45,450 bases of DNA from Orbicella franksi (GCA_964199315.1 OZ116705.1:30832551-30878000); one strand, 5' to 3'; counted from the stretch's first letter, positions 11,401-21,718 are shown. A program made the numbers and translations. The notes: generated from the sequence alone by a model not told the origin.

Positions 11401-13549
11401 ACACCGGGCAGGTGCTCTATCCACTGAGCTACGAGAACTCATGGAGAGCGAGGTCATTTAACTGAGTTCATATATGATAGGTGTCCTGCATACTGCTAGG
11501 ATCAGCACTATCGAAGTCATCGTGAGTAGTGATAAGTTAATAAAGATGGTGAATTTTGATTAATTCACCTTCACATTTCATTACACATTTCATCCGCCCG
11601 GTGTTCGGGAGGTCATAGGTTCGATTCCTGTCGGGGACTCAGAATTTTTCTTTGTCCCACGCTCGTGTCGTGTTGATTAATTCACCTTCACATTTCATTA
11701 CCGAGCTTAAAATTCACATCTTTGTTAACTTATCTCAACAATAATGAGAATTTTGATTTTAATCTTGGGTCTTTGAGAGGTGCAACGACTTACTAGATAT
11801 TGCTTGAATTGAAGAGTTCAGATCAAGCAGCCAAGATGCAATGAAGCTCTGGCTAAGGTCATTGTGTGGTGTTCTTGGATGGGACAGTTAATTCCCGCAG
11901 TACCTCTCCTTATGCAGGGGTATCAGTGGGTACATATGCTGGTGGGTTTCCTGTGGTGGCACAGCATCCCATCCAGGGGGAAGTAGAAATACTCCTGTTG
12001 ACTTGATTCTACTGAACAGGAGATAAGTGCCACCCTTAGAGCAACTGGGCTCAAATGCAGACTTTTTGGAAAACAGTGCGAGTGACTGAAAACCAAATAT
12101 TTGAATCAGGATAATAGCAAATATATCTCACAGTTGCCACAGGTCAGGAAATGGCCTGGGAAAAAATTCTTCAAGATCAGGGAATTTTATTTTGAGTCAG
12201 AGAAAATTGACATAATTTTGAAAAAGTCCAGGAAAATTGAAACAATTTAACATGGCTGATTCAATACCATTGAAGGCTGAGAGGAACATTTGGGGCCAAG
12301 CTAATTCTTAATGAGGAAGGAACCTTTTTTTGAAAATGTTTAGTCTTAATGAGTGTGTGGAAAGGACAGCTTTAAGGGGACTGCCAAGAAGCTGCTACTA
12401 CATATATACCTGACATTTTGAAATTAATTGGTCAGGGAAAGATTATTTTTATCAGGGAAAAGTTGGGGAAAAGTCAGGGAACTTTGAAAAGCAATGTATG
12501 TGGCAATCATGGATCTGAATGACTGTTAATTTGGGTTTACTAGATTATTTTTCTCTTTAATAGTATTATGGATATCTGTACACACATTGGATGCCACAAG
12601 TCATAAGAGATAAAGTAGATGAGTACATGAACTGCGAAGACCTTGCAATGAATTTCCTGGTTTCCCATATCACAAGAAAACCCCCGATTAAGGTATGTAT
12701 TTATCAGAGAACAAATCAAGTTATCCAAATAGAGAATTTGTGCCTGCATTAGTGACTGGTGGGGGTGGTTGTGTAAAACTGTATAATGTGGACAGAGGCC
12801 TGGCCCTGGTTGTTCAAAGCCTGGATAATGCTATCCACTGGATAAATCACTATTCATGGGTAAATGTTGACAAAACAAACCATGCTATCCACTGGATAGT
12901 GATTTATCCAGTGGGTAGCGTTGTCCACCTTTCAAACAACCCAGGTTTGCTGGACATACCTAACCAGGGTGCAAAGAGAATCAGTTTTCCTTTCAGCTTG
13001 CCTTTTATAAGGGCAAGCTGAAACTTTCATATTCATTTTTACTAGCTTGGAAAAAATGTCCCAGTAACACAAATCTTCATTAATTAAAAAGCTAACATTA
13101 AAACAATTTACTCTGAGTTCTTACTCTGATCTCTTACTAACAGTACTAATCTGCCAATTCGACATGTGACTGACAGAATCCATGTTCCTGACCACAGAAT
13201 CCACTATGACTAACCCTTGGCTATTGAACAGGACTTTCTTTGCACACTGTTAGCTTTTTCTTGTGAATTCCTCTGACCCAGTCAATGAACACTTTTCTAG
13301 CTTACAATATTTTAAATGGAAATTGTGTATTTCACTCAGGTGACATCACGTTGGACCTTCTCATGCCCAAACTGTCCTGTTTCCCTCTGGGAAGATAAAA
13401 CGCACTTTGAAGAGCGTAGCAAATGCATCAATTTCTTTGTGGAGGTGTATGGGTACATGCCACTGTTAAGGACACAGTTCAGAGCAGATTCTATCCTGTT
13501 TAAAACAAGGCTACCTGCTGACAAGTCAAAGTGTTTTAAGTATGTTTAA
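8483..13549 (+). CDS. EXTL3: Exostosin-like 3 (EXTL3), alpha-1,4-GlcNAc transferase for heparan sulfate initiation; about 890 aa, 5 coding exons
   Basis: Exons 8483-10543, 10755-10882, 11000-11144, 12564-12692, 13340-13549 give GT-AG introns and one open frame. N-terminal signal anchor, coiled-coil stem, GT47-like region, then GT64 motifs [51 protein letters not shown] and LFKTRLP..KCFK, as in vertebrate EXTL3. First ATG is 8483 (the ORF track starts at GTG 8480). Confidence 0.95.
11304..11735. mobile_element. tRNA-derived SINE-like unit present as an inverted partial duplication in EXTL3 intron 3
   Basis: tRNA-like segment on minus at 11440-11364 with A box TAGCTCAGTGG and B box GGTTTGACTCC. 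The plus arm 11594-11701 carries GGTTCGATTCC. Arms 11304-11412 and 11594-11701 are about 108-bp inverted repeats with about 6 differences. Confidence 0.8.
11845..12064 (+). mobile_element. Degraded SINE2-like repeat
   Basis: Blocks CATTGTGTGGTGTTCTTGG, AGCATCCCATCCAGGGGGAAGTAGAAATACTCCT and ATGCAGACTT resemble a common anthozoan SINE body recalled from memory. Boundaries approximate. Confidence 0.5.
12129..12511. mobile_element. hAT-like MITE; a diverged partial second copy lies at 23697-23880
   Basis: Ends CACAGTTGCCACA...TGTGGCAATCATG with internal GTCAGGGAA repeats. The first about 180 bp align with 23697-23880 (CAGGGCTGCCACAGGTCAGG...CCATTGAAGGCTG). Confidence 0.5.
12802..12947. mobile_element. 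Palindromic MITE (GTTGTTCAAA...ATCCACTGGAT type)
   Basis: Imperfect inverted termini GGCCCTGGTTGTTCAAA / TTCAAACAACCCAGG with repeated CTATCCACTGGATA motifs, in EXTL3 intron 4. Confidence 0.6.
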
Positions 13550-15128
13550 AAGAGCTGTGTCACTATTTGGGCATCTTTAAAAGTTAAGCCTAAGTTTTTC
13601 AAATTTCTTCCTTTGTAACCATGTTAATCTTCTCCATCCATTACCATCCTTGTTCCTTTAAAGTGCACCTAACCCCCCACATTTTTTTTCGCTAAAACGA
13701 ATCTCATAAATTTTCTGCTTAAAGCTAACCAGCAATTTGTAGAAATACTACCTACAACCTATATCTTCCAATCCCGCAGTATTTGTAACATACAAAGTTG
13801 TGTGATCCGATCATGATCAAGAAGCATTATACTGATATGTAAATAGATCGCAACTGTACGCCGCTAACCAACACTTATTTCTCTTTCGATTTAGATAAAA
13901 GTCGAAGATTAATCCTTTAGAATTACATGATAACAAAATTGTTAGACTCACAGAGTTTTTCGAAGGTTTGGAAATCAGCAGTGCGACAGAGATTCTGTGA
14001 TATAGCGTCGAAAATATGACCGCGTAACATGTGCGGACCGCTTAGGGAACACATCCTTTTCGCTTATCCGACGAATTTCGCTGCAAACTTTGAGAACAAT
14101 TTACATTGGTTATTTGGAGTTACGACTTAAAACGTGTTACAATGTGAAATCGGTAATTGTATGAAATGTTTCCTTCTGCCTTGCTTCCCGCAGCTTCAAA
14201 AATACAGGTCCAAACAATACGATTTTCAATCGATCGAAGCCAATGTTTTGGAGGTCATCAAGTCTCGAAAACTGTGACATGTACGTCGCTCTTATAAACA
14301 TGAAGCATTCAACTGAACGTAAAACACAAGCTGGATTTAACAGAACAATCACACCTTGATAAAATACATTCTCGCTAAGGACAAATGTAAACGGGCTATA
14401 AACACGCGTGGGAATCTTATGTTTAGTTGACGAAATTACCATCCAAAGCAGTCCTTGAGTTTTCTTTCCTGCTTTTCGTTTGCCTGCTCCTCCACTTCGT
14501 ATCTAGCTTTCCATTCCTAATATACAAGCAACTCGTCCGCAAAGAAGTCTTCCCCTTCGTCGCTTGAAATATTGTAAATTACTCTCAAAGCTCTAAGCAG
14601 TGAGTTCACAGTTGTCGAACGTGCTCGATCGAAGTTTATTTCGGAGTCTTCTGAATCGAAACTTAACTCTGACTCCAGTGACAAAAAAGAAATGATTCTG
14701 AGACAAAACTTGGATGTTTTAGTCCCAAAATACATCGGAACGATTAGTTTTGTGTTCCATTTTCTCGAGCAAATACAGAGAGTTGACTGAGACGCCATTG
14801 TGTTTGGTTCCTGGGTAGACGTCATCAGGTACCGCTGCCCCAGACTCCCTAAAACACGGTCGTGAAACCTTCAAGCGCAACTTTGAAAGGACATAGAAAA
14901 TCGAGGATTCAACCAAATTCAAAAATTTCTTCGCCCAAATGCTTTGAATAAAGTCTAGATTCATTTTAGCAAAAAAAAATTTGGGGGTTAGGTGCACTTT
15001 AAGGTTTATTATTTTCTTTGGTATTTTTCAATTTTAGTAGAACTCCTATTTTCATGTTTCCTTCAATTTAAAGGTACTGGTAATTTTGTATGTGGCCAAA
15101 ATAGCTTAAAATAAGGTGACTGAGCTCC
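13550..15128. mobile_element. Older TTAA-flanked (Kolobok-like) MITE, interrupted by the element at 13662-14998
   Basis: TTAA at 13546-13549 and 15129-15132. Termini (A)AGAGCTGTGTCAC and GTGACTGAGCTCC match at 10/13 as inverted repeats. Weak and degenerate. Confidence 0.4.
13662..14998. mobile_element. Non-autonomous Kolobok-type DNA transposon (1337 bp)
   Basis: About 43-bp TIRs AGTGCACCTAACCCCC...GCTAAAA(C/T)GAATCT, TTAA target duplication (13658-13661, 14999-15002), purine (AG) terminus. Kolobok has TTAA plus RR ends; piggyBac has CCY ends. Confidence 0.8.
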
Positions 15129-16135
15129 TTAAATTAGCAATACTGGTCACATTACCCAATATCAGCTAATAATGGTGGTATCAAATGAATACTTGAGGAT
15201 TGACAATTTTGGTGACTTTGAACCTCTTTTAGTAAGTGTCTTAACCTAACCAAAACTCTATGTGTTTACAATCGTATCATGCTGATCATTCAAGTTATAG
15301 CAAAACATGGGGGGACACTGAGTTCATTTTGGAACTCCTCATAAACACTTAAGGCCAATTTAAAGAGAGCACGTAGGTAGTAAAATTACTGTATTTATCA
15401 TACCACCATAAGACACACTCACAATCCTATGAAAAAAACATCACACAAACTGATGTGTGTAAGGCTGGAGAAGTTAATGTTAGCCAGCCCAGAAAAGACC
15501 ATTCAGCCCAGCACATATCAACAATTCATTCGACGTGTGCAATCACACAATTCAAAATTGTCACCAGGAATTTTTCACAGCTTCTTACCAAGTCAAGCTC
15601 AAGAAATGTCTCACATTCTTGGTATGTTAAAACACTTTTTGACTGGGGTAGCTTGGGCTGGACTAGAAAATATTTGGCTCTTGATCAGGACGCTCAGACC
15701 TTGCTCAGTCGGCCATATGCTCTGACCCCAAAAGCCAGTATTTTTCATCCAGGCCCCCCCCCCCCCCCCTGCTCTACCAGTTATTAAACTGGTATTGCTA
15801 AGGGTAAATTAATACACCTGACAGGTTTTCTCTGCTGATGATCGCACATTTGATACTGTTAAATTTTAGTACCAACTGATATAGGGTGGCAGTTACTGTT
15901 AAGTATTAATTTATCTTTAAAGCACAAGTGCTGTAGACTATTATCAGCTATTACTATATCAGTTAAGTATTCATTGGTGAAATATGTGCTCTTTAAACAT
16001 GCTTCCAGGAGTTTGTTAAACATTGAAATTTATGCTATTTTTAGTTTTTTTTTATTTCCTTTTACTTTTTGTATGTGGACAATATGTGTCCCAATCTCGT
16101 TCCCAGAGTCTTCGTTCTCCTTGACCAGCGGTTGG

Positions 16136-16318
16136 TGAAAATGAACGATTTATTCCATAAACGCAACAAAATTTATAACAATATTCATCTGCTTTTCGAC
16201 CCGAACGTCCAGCTCACGTTTCTTCGTTTACAACATGTCATCACTCGGACCTAGTCTCCACTCGGTAAATAGGCAACGCGCCTTACACAAAATGAACACA
16301 AAATTTCAGTTCGGAACA
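16136..16318 (-). repeat. 3' LTR of the BEL element
   Basis: 182/183 identical to 21956-22138; the single difference is C at 16146 versus T at 21966. Confidence 0.97.
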
Positions 16319-16329
16319 TCCTCCCGCCC
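16319..16329 (-). other. Polypurine tract of the BEL element
   Basis: GGGCGGGAGGA on minus, directly abutting the 3' LTR. Confidence 0.8.
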
Positions 16330-16413
16330 GATGCAGGGAGTGCATCACTACATGTAACTTGTCAACCAAGTTCAATAGAGTTCAACTAAAATGTTCAAAA
16401 GGTCTCATAAAGT

Positions 16414-16834
16414 TCAATTAAGTTCAGCAGCTAAGTCAGCATCAGAGCTTTCAAACAGGTGTAACCGCTGTACTGGACGACGGGTAAGACTTCCAGATGA
16501 GGTCCGCAGGGTAACGGACCGGACAAGACCGTCACGGCCTGTGTGGGTGTCTTCCACTCGTGCATGTGACCACTGACCCCGAGCTACGCGATCCTCACTT
16601 ACTAGGACCAAGTCACCTTTGCAGATTTCACGACCAATCTTGTACCATTTCTTGAGAGGTGTCAGGGATTTTAGGTACTCTGCATGCCAACGCTTCCAAA
16701 ATCCATTTACAAGCTTCTGGTGATACTGAAAACGTTTGGTGAGGGCTCTTGAGGTCTGTTCTGAAACATGAGTGTCTTTAGTCGGACACGCTTGAAGATT
16801 CCTGCCAATCAAAATCTGTGCAGGGGTAATCACA
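16414..16834 (-). CDS. C-terminal integrase portion of BEL Pol, separated by a frameshift
   Basis: SVITPAQILIG...FWKRWHAEYL...GDLVLV...W...G.DGLVRSV...RRPVQRL is the typical BEL integrase C-terminus. It continues the main ORF in another frame at GAC-T-AGT-GTG. Confidence 0.85.
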
Positions 16835-19800
16835 CTAGTCATCAGGGTCTGCACCAAGGTAAGTAAGAGGACGACTGTTCAGCTGTGCTTCAATTTCAGC
16901 TAAAATAGTAGTTAACTGCTCGGCATCCAACATTGCTTTGGCAAATAGTTTCTTCAGTGGCGTCTTGACACTCTTTACAAGACGTTCATAAAAGCCACCC
17001 CACCATGGGGCTTTTTCCACAATGAACTTCCACTGAATCTTCTTTTCAGACAAAGCACTTTGGGTCTGGTCTGATTCCAATACTCTCCAACATCGCTGTA
17101 GCTCCTTGTTAGCAGCCTTAAAAGTTTTTGCATTATCTGACCAAATAATGCTGCACATTCCTCTTCTTGCAATCATCCGTCTAAGAGCAAGGAGAAATCG
17201 CTCAGTTGTCATATCACATACCAACTCCAAGTGTATTGCACGGGTAACTGCACATGTAAATAAACAGATATAGACTTTTTCACCACTGTCTTTCAAATAC
17301 AAAGGACCAGCAAAGTCTAGACCCACGTTAGTGAACGGTGGTGCAGGCTTAATTCTGTCTTCAGGAAGTGGTGCCATCTGCTGACCAAAGGGTTTTGTTT
17401 GGTAATGGCGACAAATTAGACAGTTCCTTAGTGTCTGACGGACGGTCGATCGTCCCTTGATCACCCAAAATCTCTGTCGCAAAAGTGACAAAGTGTGTTC
17501 AACTCCAGCATGTAGTTCACGGCTGTGAATATCATCAATTAACAACTTAACAACAGGATGGTTAGAAGGCAGGATAATAGGATGTTTCTCCTCTTCTGGC
17601 AACAGTGACTTGTGAATTCTTCCTCCAACACGAAGAAAATGACTAGTCGGACACATAAACGGGTTTAAATTGGCAAGGTTGCTGTCCTTCACTGGACCAT
17701 GCTGTTTACATGACGCAATTTCTTCAGGAAAACCTGCTTCTTGTACATGAGATATCAACCATTCTTCTGCATTTTGTATCTCTAAACCAGTTAAAGGGCT
17801 GTCAATTCTTTCCTCTTCTTTCACTCTTGAGTTGCTAACGAATCTTCTGATCCAAGCAACAGTTCTTAGCAAGCGACTATACTTGCTGAATCTTGTGAAG
17901 TCAATAAACGGCTCTTTGGGTTGCACAACACAACTGACACTAGCTTTACTCTTCCTCTCTGGGTTAACAATTTCACTGGAGGGTTTTGACCTTAAATCCT
18001 CGGGCCAATCTTTTTCGGACTCTTGCAACCAAGAGGATCCTTTCCACCACAAATGACTCTCTCGTAACTGACTTGCAGATAGACCTCGGGTAGGTAGATC
18101 GGCTGGGTTCTGCGGTCCTGGACAATACCTCCAAACACTGGGATCCAGCAACGACTGAATTTCAATAACACGATTAGCAACAAATGGTTTCCACTGTGAG
18201 GCTGCTCCTCTAATCCAGTGTAACGTTGAAGAATTGTCTGTCCAACAAACAATGCGGCTAATGGGACAATCTATTGCACCTTTGACATAGGTGCAAAGTC
18301 TAGCAGTAATTACAGCAGCCATCAACTCTAAGCGCGGTAGGGTAATCTTCCTTACAGGAGCCACTTGGGTCTTGGACATCACAAGACTGGTAGATACCCT
18401 TCCATCTTCACAAACAACTCTCAGATAAACTGCAGAGGCATAAGCAACTTCTGACGCATCACCAAATGCGTGTAGCTCTACTTTGGGGTTCTGACCTAAT
18501 GGCAAATCAGTGTAACATCTAGAAATTTGAAGGTGTCCAAGTTCAGAAATCTCTTGAACCCACTGATTCCATTTCGATGAGACTTCCATGGGAATTTCCT
18601 CATCCCATCCAACACCCTTGGTCCACAAGCTTTGAAGAATTAATTTTGACCTCACTGAAAAGGGTGCGATTAGACCAATCGGATCAAATATCTTTGCTGC
18701 TAAAGACGCCACCTTTCTTTTAGTGTACACTGTCTTTGATCTCGACTTAACAATGTCCACATCAATTGTAAAGACAAGGTTGTCAGTAAGTGTATTCCAC
18801 TTTAATCCTAATGCTTTTGTGATTGGATGTGCTTCTGCTAGATCACTTTCCAGGCTGACAAGACTAACTGCTGCTCTGTCCCTCTCTGGTATGGCCTCCA
18901 TAAGCTCAGATGAATTGCTTGACCATTTTGTCAAATTAAAGGCAGCTTTCTGCATAAGCTCAGTAGCACTTCGCTGTAATTTCAGCGTTTCCTGCACATT
19001 GTCTCTCCCTGAAGCAAAGTCATCAACATAAGTGTTCCTCAAGATTTCATTTGATGCAACAGGGAATGTTTCTTTACACCTTTTCACATGCTCTTGAATA
19101 GTGCCAATGGCAAGAAACGGACTGGAAACAACTCCAAATGTGACCCTTGTCATTCTGTAAATCTTAGGCGTGGCCTTGGGGTCCAAATCTCTCCACAGAT
19201 ACCGGTGTAAATCTCTGTCTTCTTCTTTTAACCGAATCTGCAAGAACATCTCTATGTCACCCATGATACCAACATAATTCTTTCGAAAACGCAGAAGAAT
19301 TCCGACCATATCTGGCTGTAATGCTGGGCCTGGCTCTAAGCAGCTGTTCAGAGAGACACCATTGCTATCTTTCGCTGATGCATCAAACACAACTCTTGTC
19401 TTGGTTGTCTGCTTGTCTTCCCTGATGATCGCATGATGAGGGAGATAGAACACCGGACGCCCATCTGTTGGTGTAATTTCATCACAAGGTACTTCTTCAG
19501 CAACACCGTTCTCAACATACTTGTTAATCGCTTCTCTGTACGATGCAGCTTTCACTGGCTCATGGAGCAGCTTCTTTTCTAGATTGTACAACCTACTTTC
19601 CGCTTGCCGGTAATTATCTTTCAATGAAATGCAATCTTCCTTCCATGGTAAGGATACTTCATAGCGACCATCATTGTATGTTAGTGTCTCTTTAAACTTC
19701 TTCAAGACCACATCTTCTGCATGAGTAGTAGAAATTGAACTTTCAGCAAGTCTGACACCAATGGACTCCAAATCCCAGAACTTTTGAAGTGTTTCATTCA

Positions 19801-21718
19801 ATTGTTCTTCAACACTAATTTGAACATTCATAGACACAGTGCATTCTTGGCCATGACCACCTGTTGGCCCACAGAAGACCCAACCCAAAGTTGTGCGAAC
19901 TGCAACTGGCTCACGGGAACCCCCTTTTACAATGTCTCTTGTCACAAAGGAATAATAGAAATCCAAGCCAATAAGCACATCAATCTCTTGTTCCTCTCTA
20001 GGGAATTCTTCAGGAAATGCTATGTTTCGAAGGTGACACCATCTTGTTGGATGAATATCCACAGCTTCAGCTGGCCGGCATATTACTGGTGTAGTAAGTG
20101 CCTCAATACATTGAGGCTGTCCAGATTTGTCAATAGGTGCCACAGTAAACGCAGTTCTCTTCCGCAAAGTGCTCTTGGTGGCCTCTCCACCAAATCCAGA
20201 AACAGCAATTTTGACACTCTTCCCATCAAGACCAAGCTCATCAATTACACTCTGCCGAACAAACGACGTTTGAGAACCAGGATCAAAGAAACATCTCACA
20301 ACTTTTGAACACCCATTTGATCCACACAAAATAGCTGGTATGGTCTGCAGGATCACTTTTCCACCTGAGCTCACTGCAACAGAATTTGCCACAACTGAGG
20401 ACAGCAAAGCAGGACCTGACGACGAGGGTAGTAATTCCGGGGCTGATTCCACCTTGACTTCTTCCAAGGGAGGACGAGCTGAATCCTGATGCAGGAGACT
20501 GTGATGTCTACCTTGGCAATGCTTGCATGGAGGTCTCTGGCACACTTCGGCTCTATGACCAGGTTCAAGGCATCGGAAACACAGGCCTTTAGACGTTGCT
20601 TTTCTGAATCTTTCTTTCACAGGTAATGACAGAAAAGTGACACATGACTTCAAACCATGGTTTTTGTAGCAAATGACACACTTGCCCTCTTGCGTTGCCG
20701 CACATAATGCAGAGGTGGATAATTTTTGTGACCGGTTAAACTTGAAACGGTTTTCACGATTTCCAAGATTTTCCTTTGCCGGAGCTTTGGAATCAAGAGA
20801 AGGAGGCTGTGAAGACTCTTTAGCTCTTATCAATTGCTCCAAGAAAGTAAACAGTATTTTCACTTCCACACAGTCCTGTTTAGCTTTCTCCTCATTAAGC
20901 TCCAATTCCCATTTTTCCACAACTTTTTTTGGCAGCTTGTCAACTATTAGAGGCACAAGAACTGGAGCCAAAGTTTCAGAATTAAACTTTTCACCAAAGG
21001 ACTCAACAGAGCGAACGTGACCTATCACTTCATCGTAGAATTTACGCATGGAGGTTGCATCATCAGAGCTCAAACGTGGCAAATGGATCAAGGATCTTAC
21101 ATGTGCATCAAGTATTAACCTTGCATGCCCGAATCTTTCCTTCAAGATTTCCAAAACTGGCTTGTAATTCGCTTGTACCACTGCAAAACCTTTCACCGCT
21201 TCAGCAGCCGAACCCTTTAGCGATCTCATCAAGTACTCTAATTTTTGGACATCTGCCAACGACGGATTGTCAACCACTGAAACTTTTATCGACTGATAAT
21301 AGGGTTGCCAGCTCAAAACATTTCCGTCAAAGGTTGGTAGATTAATCTTGGGTAGCTTAACTTGTACTTGAGAGGACGACTGGGATACGGGTGGATTGCT
21401 TCCTAACGATTGTGCTTCGGGAACTTGTTTACTTGCCAAATAACTTGTCATTTTGGCCATGCTTTCAATTACACGCGCTTCGTATTCATTATGGCTCTCA
21501 CATTCCGCCTCGATCTCTTCATCCTCTAACATTGTGCACATCGTGGCTTGCACTTCCTGCAAGTCACTCCACTTACTTGCGACATTATCTTTCAACACTT
21601 GAACTCGTGCATAATTATCTTGTTGTGACAGGGCTTCGTCGATTAACTTCAACGTGTCTGTGACAGATTTTCTCAGGAATTTTCTCTTTTTCTTGATAGC
21701 TTCTAAATCTTTCGACAT
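16835..21718 (-). CDS. BEL/Pao Gag-Pol polyprotein (about 1627 aa from the first ATG)
   Basis: Gag LPKINLPTFDG..W and knuckles CVICYKNHGLKSC / CFRCLEPGHRAEVC / CKHCQGRHHSLLH. Protease FDPGSQTSF, RT YLPHH..RVVFDAS..YVDD, RNase H FGDAS..PRLEL..WTDN..NPAD, integrase H..HAG..CLIC, GLDFAGP, SDNAKTF, GGFYER. Confidence 0.95.
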   Translation of the reverse strand: MSKDLEAIKKKRKFLRKSVTDTLKLIDEALSQQDNYARVQVLKDNVASKWSDLQEVQATMCTMLEDEEIEAECESHNEYEARVIESMAKMTSYLASKQVPEAQSLGSNPPVSQSSSQVQVKLPKINLPTFDGNVLSWQPYYQSIKVSVVDNPSLADVQKLEYLMRSLKGSAAEAVKGFAVVQANYKPVLEILKERFGHARLILDAHVRSLIHLPRLSSDDATSMRKFYDEVIGHVRSVESFGEKFNSETLAPVLVPLIVDKLPKKVVEKWELELNEEKAKQDCVEVKILFTFLEQLIRAKESSQPPSLDSKAPAKENLGNRENRFKFNRSQKLSTSALCAATQEGKCVICYKNHGLKSCVTFLSLPVKERFRKATSKGLCFRCLEPGHRAEVCQRPPCKHCQGRHHSLLHQDSARPPLEEVKVESAPELLPSSSGPALLSSVVANSVAVSSGGKVILQTIPAILCGSNGCSKVVRCFFDPGSQTSFVRQSVIDELGLDGKSVKIAVSGFGGEATKSTLRKRTAFTVAPIDKSGQPQCIEALTTPVICRPAEAVDIHPTRWCHLRNIAFPEEFPREEQEIDVLIGLDFYYSFVTRDIVKGGSREPVAVRTTLGWVFCGPTGGHGQECTVSMNVQISVEEQLNETLQKFWDLESIGVRLAESSISTTHAEDVVLKKFKETLTYNDGRYEVSLPWKEDCISLKDNYRQAESRLYNLEKKLLHEPVKAASYREAINKYVENGVAEEVPCDEITPTDGRPVFYLPHHAIIREDKQTTKTRVVFDASAKDSNGVSLNSCLEPGPALQPDMVGILLRFRKNYVGIMGDIEMFLQIRLKEEDRDLHRYLWRDLDPKATPKIYRMTRVTFGVVSSPFLAIGTIQEHVKRCKETFPVASNEILRNTYVDDFASGRDNVQETLKLQRSATELMQKAAFNLTKWSSNSSELMEAIPERDRAAVSLVSLESDLAEAHPITKALGLKWNTLTDNLVFTIDVDIVKSRSKTVYTKRKVASLAAKIFDPIGLIAPFSVRSKLILQSLWTKGVGWDEEIPMEVSSKWNQWVQEISELGHLQISRCYTDLPLGQNPKVELHAFGDASEVAYASAVYLRVVCEDGRVSTSLVMSKTQVAPVRKITLPRLELMAAVITARLCTYVKGAIDCPISRIVCWTDNSSTLHWIRGAASQWKPFVANRVIEIQSLLDPSVWRYCPGPQNPADLPTRGLSASQLRESHLWWKGSSWLQESEKDWPEDLRSKPSSEIVNPERKSKASVSCVVQPKEPFIDFTRFSKYSRLLRTVAWIRRFVSNSRVKEEERIDSPLTGLEIQNAEEWLISHVQEAGFPEEIASCKQHGPVKDSNLANLNPFMCPTSHFLRVGGRIHKSLLPEEEKHPIILPSNHPVVKLLIDDIHSRELHAGVEHTLSLLRQRFWVIKGRSTVRQTLRNCLICRHYQTKPFGQQMAPLPEDRIKPAPPFTNVGLDFAGPLYLKDSGEKVYICLFTCAVTRAIHLELVCDMTTERFLLALRRMIARRGMCSIIWSDNAKTFKAANKELQRCWRVLESDQTQSALSEKKIQWKFIVEKAPWWGGFYERLVKSVKTPLKKLFAKAMLDAEQLTTILAEIEAQLNSRPLTYLGADPDD

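Noticed and set aside
11364-11440. Functional tRNA gene (apparent GGT anticodon)
   Set aside because: The anticodon stem and loop are non-canonical, the B box is mutated, and it sits in a duplicated repeat unit. Treated as tRNA-derived.
16319-16413. env-like third ORF in the BEL element
   Set aside because: Only 95 bp separate the pol stop from the 3' LTR. The 147-aa ORF is the frameshifted integrase tail.
20265-20290. Protease motif DPG (instead of DSG/DTG) as an inactivating lesion
   Set aside because: As I recall, DPGS occurs in other BEL-family proteases, so it cannot be called a defect.
17832-21663. Plus-strand ORFs (e.g. 19784-20308, 174 aa) as antisense genes
   Set aside because: They are shadows of the long Gag-Pol frame with no recognisable motifs.
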